In this document: in pieces, positions 26,601-38,741 of the stretch | Numbering within the stretch: the stretch's first letter is position 1 | Layout: each line of letters starts with the position of its first letter | Source of the DNA: Macrostomum lignano | Taxonomy: Eukaryota | Assembly (NCBI GenBank): GCA_002269645.1 | Contig: NIVC01000543.1 | Location: forward strand, 248,001 to 312,000 | DNA length: 64,000 nucleotides | Direction of reading: 5' to 3' | Notes under the pieces: model-generated | The model's input: the letters and a program-made list of their open reading frames with translations, nothing else | Databases searched by the model: none | Told to the model about the DNA's origin: nothing | Position numbers and translations under genes: made by a program

Positions 26601-29600
26601 TTGCTGGTCTCCGGGCCGCTGAATGGGACAACGGTCGAGGTTCGAGGGAAAGGGCACAAAAAGTTGCGCAAGAGGGTTTGAGAACAAAGAAAATAATAGA
26701 GGGGTTATTTACTATGCTGCTATGAGTAGAAATACATGTAAATTATATTAAGAAAGTCTTATTTGATTGTAGTAACTCAGCGTTCAGCATATGTGATACT
26801 GTACGAGTATTTAAAGCGTGGATACAGCAGCGGAGAAGCTCTGCGAGAGCGGAGAGCGTTGGGAAAAGAGATAGCAGAGAGGCGGGAGAAGGCGGACTCA
26901 AATGAGGGCCCTCATCCCTTGTCTACAAAATCACGGCCGAGGGCAAGGGAACCATATAAAACGAAAAAAGTGAGGAGGCTTTTTAGCGCCCAGACCGTGG
27001 TCACAACGTTATTCTTGTAAAAATAATTTCAATCAAAGTAGTGTGCTGCTCTCTATCTGAACTTTCCCACTGGCTAATTCAACAGCTACGCTTCTCGCCG
27101 AAGCTGCCTTGGACTACGTCGGTGGAGTATTTTCACGTTCGTGTTTCCAACAAGTGCGGAAACCTGGTCATCAAGTGCATTGGTGAGAGTCTCGGCCCCC
27201 GAGTCACAGCCTCTTGCGGCCTCATCAACTTCTTCCAGCTCATGGCTGGGCAGACAGCAACTCAACCGCTGAAGTTAGAAAACCACAGCGATCAGGATGT
27301 GTGCTACATGTTCGATACGGATCCCGAAACTTCCGTGTTCCACTTCGATCGGCCCAACGGTGTAGTGCCTAGCAAGTCCCATGTGCAGATTGTCGTCACC
27401 TTTCGGCCATTTCTGCCGATCCAGTACTACAGACGGGTTTCTCTTCTTGTGCCTGACCAGGAGCCAATCTTTATTGACCTGCTGGGGACCTGCCATGACA
27501 TTCATCTTCGCCCAGTGATTCTTCAGGCCCAGCACCTGCGTCTGTTTCGACTGCGCAACGAGCGTGGTCTTGGCTACTATTCCCCAGAAGTGAGTAAAGT
27601 ATGCTGATATGCCAATATGCTGAAAGATATGACGAAATAGCCTGAATGGAAGCATGGGTCACTGCTTCGGGATATATAGTTCATTTTAGACGATTTTATA
27701 ATAAAAAATTAGGTTTTCTTGATAACGTAATTACTTTTTCTGTCTCAAGATTAAAAATAAAGTACTAATTCAAACATCTTGTCGTACACTCACCCGAAAA
27801 TCTTGCACCCCACAGCAACTGGATGAGTTCATCCGGGCTAAGAAGGTAGAGGTCGGGGAAGATGACAGCCTGCTGGTGCGGGAGGCCGAGCAGTGGGAGG
27901 GCCTCTGTGAGCCGGCACAGCAGCTTCCGCCTTGGAAGGAGTTTTTCTTTGCGGATGGACACGCTGATATCGTGTTTAACGTGCCGCACGTAGCCCTGGA
28001 GACCACACACCTGGACTTCGGCCGCGTCGAGCTAGGGCCCGGCGGTGAAGTGCGCACTGTCTGTCTCAAAAACAACACGAAGGGCGCCGTGCTGTTCAAC
28101 TGGTTGCAGCCTACGGGGCCAACACAGCCAAGTTTTACTGCTCAGCCCACCTTCGTTGAAGTGCCTGCTGGTGGGTCCGCCACCATAGCGGTCAGCTTCC
28201 GACCAGAGGCGACGGACAAAATTTACGCGTGCGAGCTCGAAGGTTTCGCCTACTTTAAAAGCCAGCGAGACTTCCAGATTGTAAACGAAAAGACTGTAGC
28301 GCCACCGTTCTGCCTGACTCTAAAGTGCAGTGGTGAGTCCGTGCGATAGTTTATGTTTCGTTGTGTATGGTAAAAACACTTATGATACAGTAGGTCGCAC
28401 AATCAAGCCAGTATTACGAATCGAGCCAATCTGTCGACCTGTGTGGATTCTCGCTCTGACCTCACCCGCTTCTGCAGGCCACACATTCCAACCGAAGTCG
28501 GAACCTTTCCAACCACGATTCCTGTTTGATCGTGAGCAGCTCGTGTTCCCATCAGTGAATGTGGATGAGATGTTCTTCCGAAGCGTTTCCATGTTCAACA
28601 GTGGCGACGCGCCCATTTACTTCCGCGTCACGGACCTGAATGCGTGAGTTGCGTGCTGAGAATCTGTTAACTTCCATTCGATACAAAATGTAATGAGGAA
28701 ATTAGAACGCAAGTTTTGCAGTAACGCTATCTATATTGCCACTATATGTTTATATCTCTTGAACTCTATTTTAGAGGCCAAAATGTTTGCTGCATTTATT
28801 TAGAAATTAATGTAAAAATTTCAATTTTAAATTCTCAACAACTTCAACAGCCTCGGACAAGTGCGTGATTGCCTCGGCACGGAAAAGTACGGCTCGTAAA
28901 CCAACAAGCCCAGCCGGCTTTTCTGTTCAAATTCTTCCTTCATATGATTATGAACATCCATAGAATTCAATGCAAAAACATAGATTTTCACTTCTTTCTC
29001 AATCGTAAATTTTGAGAAAAATGCTGTAAAATTTTACATTATGCCTGATTTTAAGTTACTGCGCTACCTCAGTAGCTGTAGAGCCTGTATCGTAGTGTGA
29101 TGGCTGTCATGATTTTCCACCTTCCTGAACTAAATCATGAGCTCCAAATTCATACTGAGTTTTCGTTCCAGTGTACTCGTCGTACCTACCATCCTTTGTA
29201 CTAGTTTCAAAAGGCGTAGTTTAATTTCTGTTTTGTATTTTGCTAAAAGGAAAGTCCAATTCAATCCGCACTTAATGATTTCCTGGCTATTATTGAAAAA
29301 CACGCCTGTTGCTACTAACAGAAGTAAAGCAATTTCAGCGGCACAGCACATGGTTATTCGTTCACTTGTATCCCATCCACAGCCCATTCGCCATCAAGCC
29401 CGCTAACGGGGTGGTGCGGGTCGGCGAGTATCAGGTGTTCAGCGTCAAGTGCGTACCAAACAGGATGGATCAGTTCGTCTCAACTCTCAACCTCGCCCTT
29501 AACGAGAGGACAGACATTGAGGCTGTAAGCTTTAACGAGTGGTTCATTTGTGAAAATTTCAGAATATTTTTTCTGACTAAATTCTGCACCGACCTTGATT

Positions 29601-32600
29601 TCTAGAAAATCCCTCTGCTCGGCTCAGCGGACAAGGCGACTGTTTTCATGGAGAACAAGGGCGAGCTGTACTTCCCGCCTACTAACCTGGGCAACTGCCT
29701 GTCCCGCTGTTACCCTATTAAGAACACGAGTCGCGTTCCTCTGCTGTGAGTAGAAAAATCTTAACTCTGACTTGTACACTGGTTGAATTGGCAACTGACA
29801 CACTTTGATTCGCAGGTTCGAATGGCACGTGCACCACACGCAGAGCGATGTTATCTCCGTCAGTCCGTCGTCAGGCCGACTGGAGCCAAATGAGTCTCTG
29901 GTATGCATTCAGTCTGAGCTTCTGCTAGTCCTCTCTTACCGATTGGAAATACCAGATTTTCTAAACTCAAGGTACTTGCGGTCCTCCCACAGGCTCAGAC
30001 GTGGACCTTCTCCCCGAAAGCTGCCGGAAAGACGCTCCTAAAGCCGAACCTGGTGGTGCAAGGTGTCTCACGCACGGGAGCGCTGATGCAGAAAGCCAGC
30101 TTCCCTGCTCGGATTATTGGCTCTGGTTCCGAGGGTGGCATTTCGGCTGTCGAAGCGTACATTGACTATGGCACAATGGTGGTGGGAAGTTCCGCTGTTC
30201 GGCCCATCACGCTGGTGAATAACTCAGACTGCGCTGTTTTCTACAAGCTGGTGGTCAGCGTGGTCATCGACGGACCGTATGATGCCAAAGACCTGGCCGA
30301 GGACCCCTCCAGTGAGTTCAAGAAACCGAAAAACATTGTGCTTGTTAAGTTAAGCAAAGTTACACTAGTAATTAGTTAAATATTAACTTATTCCAACATC
30401 AATAGAATGCTAAACCCGTAGCTTCTTGTCCCCCCTTCCAGCTCTGGAACTCAGTCAGATCGAAGGCTGGCTCCAGGCTCGCTGCAAGCAGCTGATTCGG
30501 GCCACCGTGCGGCCGATGCGCAGGGTGCAGTACCAGCACCGCCTGGCCTACTTCCTCATGACCAACCCGGATGGTGAGTTGACTCAAGGCTGTAATATCA
30601 TATTTTTCACGAGAATAAACAAGCAAAGCATATTTCATCGATTTAAACATAGTTAAAGAACTTTTCAAGGAGCTTGAAACTTAATAAATTCAAATAATTA
30701 AATAAAAACGCTATCTCAACCATCAGCTGATGGAGACTGCAGGCCACTGTTCTCGGAGCCGAGGCACCTGTGCCACCTTCTGAGCACAGGCGTTTACCCA
30801 AGTCTAACTGCCACCGATGTGCAGGGCTGGGGATCGGCCCGCCGGCTCAAAAAGAAGCTTCTGTGGGATTACTTCTCAGTGGACTCACTCAACCTGAGTC
30901 TGCAGGCGGACCCAACGCCGGCAGAGCTCATTTATACGGTGGCTACCCGGCAGAGCTTCTGCCGGACTCCCAGAGTGCTCACTAGAGCCGTACTAGATTT
31001 TAACTTCGGAGCTGCTCCGTTCGGCTCGGACGAGTCATCGGTTCACCTACTGCTAGAGAACCCAGGTCACGTGACTGCTGAGTTTCAGTTCCTCATGCCA
31101 GAAGAACTGCAGATGGACCTGGAGTTTTGGGCGGAGACCGGTGAATACACAGAAGAGGAGCTGCACCATCTGAAAGTGCAAGGTCAGCGTCTGTTTAGCG
31201 TCACGCCCTCCAAGGGTCAGCTGGAGCCTGGTGCCCAGGTCGTTATTCGCGCTGCTTATTCGCACCGGGTGCCAGGAACGGACCGTCTGCCAGTGCTGCT
31301 AAAGGTGAACAAAGGACGTGAAATCCTCATCAACTTCGTTGGCGTTACCACCGAGCCAGGCAGGCAGTACCTGCACTTCCACAGCAAGAAGCACACCTTC
31401 AACCCTGTGCCGATCGGCGAGCCGAACCCGTCGCTGCAGGTGTACGACCTGTACAATGGCGGGGACACCACACTCAGTTTCAAAGTGGACTGTTCAAGTG
31501 AGGACTGCGAATTTAAAATTGATTACAATCAGAGTCTTTTGGATTGTAACAACATAATCAGCTAGATACCCCTAAGACGTCCAGTTCCATCAGGCTTGAG
31601 AAAAGTTCAATTTCACATCAGTAGAAAAAACCCGTTTGCTCACATACAGGCCTTGTGGAATCTCGGCTGGAGAACTTCGACTACCAGGTGCTGGAGTGCC
31701 TGACACCCAGCGGCGAGATCCCGGCGGGCCGCTCTTTTGAGCTGCTGTTCAAGTTCTCACCGTTGGAGGCGCGCACCTACGTGTTCGACTTGCCCATCCA
31801 GATTGTGGACGGCGAAACCGCGCTAATTAGCTTTTGCGGCTTGGGCTTCGACCGGCGGGCTCTGGGCGACAGTCAGCCGGATGTGGACCTCGCCGAGCGG
31901 CCCACCGTGGCCAGCCGACAGGCGATCCCTCTGCAGGACCAGCTGGCCGTGCTTTCTGAGGAGCGGCTCAGCTTCTCTAACGTTCCAGTGTTCTCTCGCA
32001 ACCGCCGCGTCGTGTTCCTCAACAACACCAGCCTGGACCGGCCTGCCCAGTTCCAGTGGCACGTGACTCACAGGTCGCACAGCCAGATTGTCACCATTGT
32101 GCCCGCCCGCGGCAGGCTGGAGCCGGGGGAGTCCACTCTCTGCCACCTCATCCTCGTGCCGGATTCCGATCCCAAGTTTTACGATCTTGATCTCATCTGC
32201 GAAGTCCAGGATTTGGTGCGCTTGCGGCAGTACGAGGAGGATATTCGTGACTGGCAGGAGGAGCTGCGCAAGGCCGAGGAAGAGTTTACGATCACAGAGA
32301 AGGACACAGAGATGGAGAACAAGCGCAAGGTGGTAAGACATGAAGAAATAACGCTTGATGGAATTTTAAGAGGCCGCACTCTAAAAGTTACTGACTAAAA
32401 TACAAAGATAAAGCGGTTACTAGCGTAGAAAAATCAAGAAAGACTTTAAAATAAAATAAAAAGACCTAGCAATCAGAACTAATGACGTACCGCTTCCGCT
32501 ACAGGCAAAACCACAGTCGAAACCAAAGAGTCAGTCCTCGGCCAGCAGCGGCAGCAAGTATCGCAAGGATCTGAGCCTCCAGGCCGAACTCCGCAAACCG

Positions 32601-33681
32601 CAGCGGCCCGCGCCCTTCCTGCTGCACCTGGGTGTGACAGCCCAGTCTCACAACATACACGATTTCCAGGCGCAGTTCCCAGACTTGTGGGACTCAGTCT
32701 GCCTGGACCGCACGCTGGTGCAAACTCAGCGAGTAAACGGCGGGTCAGTGGAGGCCACAGCAGCTCCCACAACTGCTGTGCCTGCTGAGGACTTCGAGGG
32801 AGAAATCGTGGAACTTGCCGTCAGTAACGTGCTGCACAGCCTGCTTGGAGACTCGGACTTGCTGGCTGCCATCGCGGCAGTGCACAGCGAGCCTGCGCCC
32901 TTCTACCACCAGCTACCGCAGGCCCAGCCGTCGCCAGGGCTTCGCGCAGCCTGTGGCTCCGGTGCCTCTGCCTCAGCTGAAGGAGGTGCCTCCGCCGCTG
33001 CATCTCAACGCAGCTCTTCCTCCACAATGGCAGCAGCAGCAGCGCCTGCCAGTGGCTCTGGTGGTGCTGCAGATTCTGTGCGCTCCATCCGAGCCTCATC
33101 TGCGTCTGCTGCTGGCGTCGACCGAGCTAGCTGTGAGGCTGAGGAGCTGGAGAAGGAAAAAGTGCTCACGTGAGTCACTGGGTGAAAAACGATGCGCTGA
33201 TAACACGAGCTACATGTATTCCTTTTCCTTTTTAGCCGCTAGTTTGCTTGAATAAAAGGTCAGGGAATCGCAACGACAGAGCATATTTATCGTGCATGGG
33301 GTTGATTTCATGAGGAAGCTACAAGTCACAAGTGACAAATGAAATGAACTTCTCATGAAACGCATTACTCGTCGGAATCATCACTTGTCGCTTGTAATTT
33401 GTCTGACAAGCGGCTTCATGAAATCCACCCCAGCCACAACCGACTTGAATGTTTCAAATAAGACCCATATGACAGAACGACTGAATTCTTTTACCCCGCG
33501 CAGAACGGCTCAGTTTGGCACGCTCTGTGAGTCAGTGCTGGAGAACATCCTGCTGAACATCGTGTCAGAGGCGAACCAGCGTGAGTTTGACATCACCGCC
33601 AGGCCGCGACTAATCGCCCTGCCGCCAAGGCGGAAGCCACAGCCGCAGTCGCAACGGACGCCGCAGAGCAGCCAGCGATGA
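23635..33681 (+). CDS. CFAP65: Cilia- and flagella-associated protein 65 (CCDC108), multi-exon gene with repeated ASH/Ig-like domains
   Basis: Putative first exon 23635..23656 (MAVALHS, phase 1) joins 24655..25037 (GIEVEQEIVFRGWELGKSYTRKVTLKN...LSPGTSFVIPVTFKP). Further GT-AG exons start at about 25255, 25579, 25802, 26250, 27087, 27820, 28458, 29372, 29606, 29816, 29992, 30441, 30727, 31650, 32505 and 33504. Motifs PIFIDLLGTCH, LDFNFGAAP, GREILINFVG and C-terminal VLENILLNIVSEA...ARPRLIALPP match CFAP65 as I recall it. Confidence 0.92.
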
Positions 33682-34200
33682 GCCTCCGGGTGCCGCTTCT
33701 GCTGGACTTCGCTGAGATTTCTATTTTTAGTAGCTATCGTGTGCTCGAAATTACGTGAACAGTTTGCATCGAACTAAATCTGATACCAAATGCTATAGTA
33801 CAAAATATTATATAAAAATGAACAAATGTTTGTTTCAAAACTGCATCCTCGTAAAGTTTTTATATGTTGCTTTTACGAGGTACCAGAAAAGCCCTTGAGA
33901 GTTTCAAAGTATGAGTACATAGCTAAAATCTTCTCGTAAGGTAAAGTAGCACAGTTCCGAAAGTTGCTCTGAACAATTTACGCTGTTTTAATTTGAAATT
34001 CACAGACGTCATGTTTCCTTTATTATTTATGTTAAATATATAAATTTTGGATTCAGTAAAAACTTTCCAGTTTCCAGCCCTCTCTAAATTTATGTGCTAA
34101 ATGAAAGATCAACTTAGTGCTTTTCTAACTGTGTGAATACTTTGCAATTAATTTTGTAATGTTGGAAGTGTCTGAAGCACACATTTTGCTTGTGCGCTTT

Positions 34201-34403
34201 AGGTGACTTGCTCACCTGACAAAGGAAATAGGCCGCCAGCTTGACCCAAGGACAGGAACGGAGCGCAGCGAAGAGGGGGCGACAGAGAACAGGCAGCAAA
34301 AAGGGAGGGAGGCTGCCCAGCGGCAGACAGCAATCTAGGGCGAGGGCGAAGGAAACTGCTGACAATAGTGCGACGCCTAACACCAAACTAGTGGATTACT
34401 ACA
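34201..34403 (-). mobile_element. Diverged 5' fragment of an LTR related to the Gypsy LTR at 53139/61697
   Basis: The reverse complement reads TGTAGTAATCCACTAGTTTGGTGTTAGGCGTCGCACTATTGTCAGCAG...TTGCTGTCTGCCGCTGG...GTGAGCAAGTCAC, colinear with the first ~230 nt of the full-length LTR. Confidence 0.8.
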
Positions 34404-35318
34404 CTAATTATTGCTAGTGTGTCACGGTTTCCTGAAGGTTTCCACGAGAAAATCTTATTTGCTAAAGTGTGTCGAGGGAAGTTGTCAATTCACCAAATAG
34501 TATTCTGCCATGTGCTAAAACAAGAAAAACTCCTAAGCTTGTATTGCGCCTTTGCGTTTCAAATCAAAGTTGGGCGTATCATTAAGTTTTCATCAATTTA
34601 ACTTCCCTATGGTTCCCATACTGCCGTTATATTTACAAAGCAATTTCCAGCCAAGCGATTTCATGGCATGGTTATGGGCAATGTCCGCAAAAATTTAATT
34701 TATAGTGGGAACGTTTGCAACATGGGGGAGATTATCGGAGCTGTGCAAGAAAAGCAAGCAGAAAATTGCTTTGAAGCTGTGAGGCGGTTGATGGGCGTTG
34801 CCCGATTTTATCGATGTGCGATGGCAGGGCATATACCTGAGTCGGGTCTATACCTGCGTAAACGCAGCCCCGCAAATCCAATTGTTTGCGTATATGGCCT
34901 CAGTCTCATGAAATCTTAGACAGCAGGAGACAAAGGCATGATTTCACGCTTGGTCTATAGTCTGGCAGTGCCTGCATTCCATAGTCCACACCCATTGAGC
35001 ACAGCAGTCTTGCAGCACCTTCCACTGTGACAGCCTTGCAAAAAAATTAAACAAACTCTGTTACTGTCCGTTTTTAGTGTTTGAATAGCTTGTGCATGTA
35101 CAAGAATCTGTACATATATGTACTTACAGACACTTCATAAACTCTATACTCTATGTAGTTATAAACATTTGAAGTCCCAATCGCAAGCATTTCGCTTCTT
35201 TCCATGCCTTTCCAATGGCCAATTAGCCGATCTCGCATACCGATAGCCTCCCCGACAAAATCGTTATAAATAGAGCGTCCCAAGCTCCCTGGCCACGAGT
35301 GGAAGCAGTTTTATCAGC

Positions 35319-35831
35319 ATGCCGCCTCATTTACCGCTACTCCTCCTGCTGTCTGTTACTGCGATTGCCGCAGCTGCTCCGCTTGCCTCAACAAAGCCAG
35401 CAGCCCTCGCCGTTCCTGCACTTGGCATTGCTGAAAGTAATGGCCTGAATACGATGCTTAACGCAGAGAAAGAGCTGGAGTCAGTTGAGTTGTGCAGCTC
35501 ATCTGAAGACCCAAAAACTGTCATTCAAAGGCAGGACGGCGGCAAGCTTTCTGTGAAAAACATTAAGCAAACAAAATTGGCTCTCGTGAACTTTACAGAA
35601 AGCCTGATGGCAGAGAACTACTGCTGCTCCAGCAAGGCCGGGGTCAGATGCACCTTCAAGTACAAGCCGGTGTACTATGTGCTTTGCATTTTTACCGGTC
35701 TCTCCTCCGGGCTGCTGCTGCTGCTGGGGCTGCTAGCGCTGTTCTACAAGTACAAGTATCGGCCCTGGGAGTTCTTTAGAGACCTGGTGAGCCCGCAAGA
35801 CCTGGTGCTTCTTCGAAATGGTTCAGCTTAG
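35319..35831 (+). CDS. Orphan type-I single-pass membrane protein, 170 aa, intronless
   Basis: Signal-peptide-like N-terminus (LPLLLLLSVTAIAAA), four-Cys ectodomain with an NFT sequon, TM segment (VYYVLCIFTGLSSGLLLLLGLLALF) and a YKYK stop-transfer motif; TATAAATA at 35265..35272. Confidence 0.7.
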   Translation: MPPHLPLLLLLSVTAIAAAAPLASTKPAALAVPALGIAESNGLNTMLNAEKELESVELCSSSEDPKTVIQRQDGGKLSVKNIKQTKLALVNFTESLMAENYCCSSKAGVRCTFKYKPVYYVLCIFTGLSSGLLLLLGLLALFYKYKYRPWEFFRDLVSPQDLVLLRNGSA

Positions 35832-36698
35832 TTTGGCCCAAGTTCCTGGTGAATAACGCCATAAAAATAAGGGAAAGCGAGAAGACTGCAGGAGGCCAAG
35901 GTTTGCAGGGGAAGGAACAAGAAACCCTCGCAGCACGCTATGAGCGTAGTCTACGCAAAAGAGGTTCTGTTCTGAGAAGTTCTCACGGTCGATCCAGATA
36001 GGCCCGTAGGGCCGGGCGATGTGCAAATTTACTTACAAAGGCAAAACATGACTAACATGTTGGTGTTGGGAATGTTTAAAATAATTCTGAAATGAGAAGC
36101 ATCGAAAGCCATCACTAGAAAACCTCAAAACCATAGTGCAAGATTTTGAAGCCTGTTAGTTTAGTTCAAGCATCACAATTTAGGAAAGCTTCTACGAGTT
36201 TCTAAAAAATTGGGCTTATTTTCTGACGCGTACTCTAACCACTGTATTTTGATCACGTTGTGCTGAGTGCAATTCTGGTAATGGCATTTTGCTCGCAGAT
36301 GTCGCGACCTCTGCTGCCTCGGTCGGGTCTGTCCATCCGCTCGGACGGACCCCACGGAGAGGCCCGCGAGGCGGACACGGCCGTGGACTCGGTAGTAGAC
36401 TGCAGCCAGCGGACCAGGCCCGGACAGGTTCGCTTTTCTGTCTTTCTGCGTATTCAGCCCCCATCAGTTCATCTGGAGCCATCGGAACCCCTCCTCACCT
36501 TGTAGTTGAGCAGCCAGTGCCAGGACGATCGCATTTTGCCCGATATTTTCTAAGGACTCGACTGGGATACAAAGCAGATAACTGACCTTCTGCTCGCTAC
36601 TGACAATAGAAACAGTAGTTTAGAACTTCTTTGTCGGAATAAAATATATTCAGCAATGAGTGGAAATCAAAAATTTTTCGCTCTCAGGGTAAGGCGAT

Positions 36699-37016
36699 AT
36701 GTGTTCTGCGAAGTTTTTCAGCAGCCCCACCATTGAAAACGTTGTGAACGAATTTATGAAGGCAAAAGTAGGACGACGTGAGACGAAGAAGCTGTGGCGC
36801 AAACAGGACCGAAGCCCCATCCAGACTGATATTTTTACAATAAAACCGTTGAATTATGGAATAAAAATACGAGTTTGGATATTCGACAGAATTCAGGAGA
36901 AAATCAAGCAATATTCGGCGGAATTCGAGTGTCTGTGTGGCACTTCGGGCAAAATCAATAGACTCGTAACGAGGAGGCTGCCCCATGCATTCCAGCTCGC
37001 GAGCTTGTCTGAGTAG
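36699..37016 (+). CDS. Possible small orphan protein, 105 aa
   Basis: Complex, non-repetitive ORF. A pyrimidine tract plus AG at 36674..36687 lies 11 nt before the ATG, a possible (trans-)splice acceptor. I do not recognise the family. Confidence 0.3.
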   Translation: MCSAKFFSSPTIENVVNEFMKAKVGRRETKKLWRKQDRSPIQTDIFTIKPLNYGIKIRVWIFDRIQEKIKQYSAEFECLCGTSGKINRLVTRRLPHAFQLASLSE

Positions 37017-37540
37017 CCGAATATCTTAGCCTGGGAAATGCACGCTAACTGCAATGCGATGCCTTTGCTGAAAGCAATTGCCTTAGTTTAGTAGGAAGAA
37101 GCGCTGCAGTTTTCAAGTAAAGTGTTGTGATAAAGAACTACAAATATAAAGGATACAATTCACTCGGATTACAACAGGCCCCTCCAAGCTCCGGACCCAT
37201 ACATGTACAATCCGAAACTGCATGTGTAGCCTACTATAGTAGAACAAAATTTTTGAATGGGACTACATGTACTCTGATTAAAGACTTTCACGCATACGCT
37301 TTTTCCGCTTTATGAAGATCCATTCGATAGGACTGAAAGCCATTTTGAGCTGGATCTGGTCTCGTAATATAGCTTCATAGTCTCAAGTTGGTTGCTTTCC
37401 CGAGCTCGAAATTTCACAAGCTCGACGCTAGCTTAAGCTGGGAATTTCACAAAAAAAGATTCACAACGCCTAAAGGTCACAAGTCCGAAACTTCGCGATT
37501 TAGACGGCGGGAAATTTCAATCTTGTGAAACTTGCTTCTT

Positions 37541-37821
37541 GCAGTGCAGCTGACTGGTTTGTCTCCGCACTAAATATGCTGTACTTTGTAATATTTTTTT
37601 GCTTTGTATTATATAATATAATATAAATATTATATATATAATATATAATATTTTTATAACGCCATAAAAATAAGGGAAAGCGAGAAGACTGCAGGAGGCC
37701 AAGGTTTGCAGGGGAAGGAACAAGAAACCCTCGCAGCACGCTATGAGCGTAGTCTAGCAGTGCAGCTGACTGGTTTGTCTCCGCACTAAATATGCTGTAC
37801 TTTGTAATATTTTTTTGCTTT
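37541..37821. repeat. 65-bp direct repeats (37541..37605, 37757..37821) flanking an AT filler and a 101-bp copy of 35853..35953
   Basis: Identical sequence blocks read directly. Confidence 0.9.
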
Positions 37822-38741
37822 TTGTTAGTACTGTCGACATAAATATCTAATTAAATGAATAAATAGAGAAAATTTTGTTATAAATTTATTATCTTGTTTC
37901 GGCCTACGAAATGATTGAATTTTTATATTTTGTGTTCTAAGCTGGTCATTCAGATTCATTTCGAATTTCAGTGCGTGCAATTTCGTTTCAGTAGGCGATA
38001 TTACAATTAACCATTGTCGACTGGCAAAAGGGGTGGCACTCAGCCCAAAATGGAAGCGGGATATCAAAGCGGTGGTTCGCTGTCTGATCCCACTATTAAC
38101 ATGCAATGAGAGCAGAAGCATCGAAAATCCCATCGATTACCGCAGTGGGATAATTGGGAAAATAGGGGGTTCTCGATAAATCTAGTACTCAAACAGAACT
38201 ACAGACGGAGAAAGTGAATTCAGAGCCCAGCAAATTACCCTTAGTGCCTTAAATGAAGCTAACGGTGCAGCTGAGGTCAAAATGAGCCAGTGATCTGGCA
38301 GCCCCTGGCAGACTCAGCATCAGGGTGAGCCAGCTGTAACAGAGCAGTGTGACGGAGTAATGGAACAAGCAAAGTAGCTGACAGCGTGCTTTGATAGAGA
38401 AGCAATGCAGACTGAGCGGACATTGACATTTTGCAGGTGAGCAGGGAGTGATCTAAGCAAGCAATTCGATGGAAACTTAATCTACAGCAGCGTAGCTATA
38501 AATAGAATACGGAAAAAGGCTGGGTATATAAGCTGGATAGATATATACAATGATTTCGAGTTGCATACAGCTAATAACGGAACTTCACAAGACGTACGTT
38601 TAGTTTAAGCTGGATTACTGTGTCTGTACATTCTGTGTTAGCCCGATATGTTTAAAATTAAGGGAAAAATTGCTTTCACCCGAACACGAAGCTAAATTGA
38701 AAAACTTGGGCTGAAGCTATTATTGCAATCCCGAGGGCCTC

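Noticed and set aside
26768-27005. Possible 238-bp solo LTR (TGTAGT...TCACA) in a CFAP65 intron
   Set aside because: It has TG/CA ends and a TATA-like motif, but no target-site duplication and no internal similarity to the known LTR.
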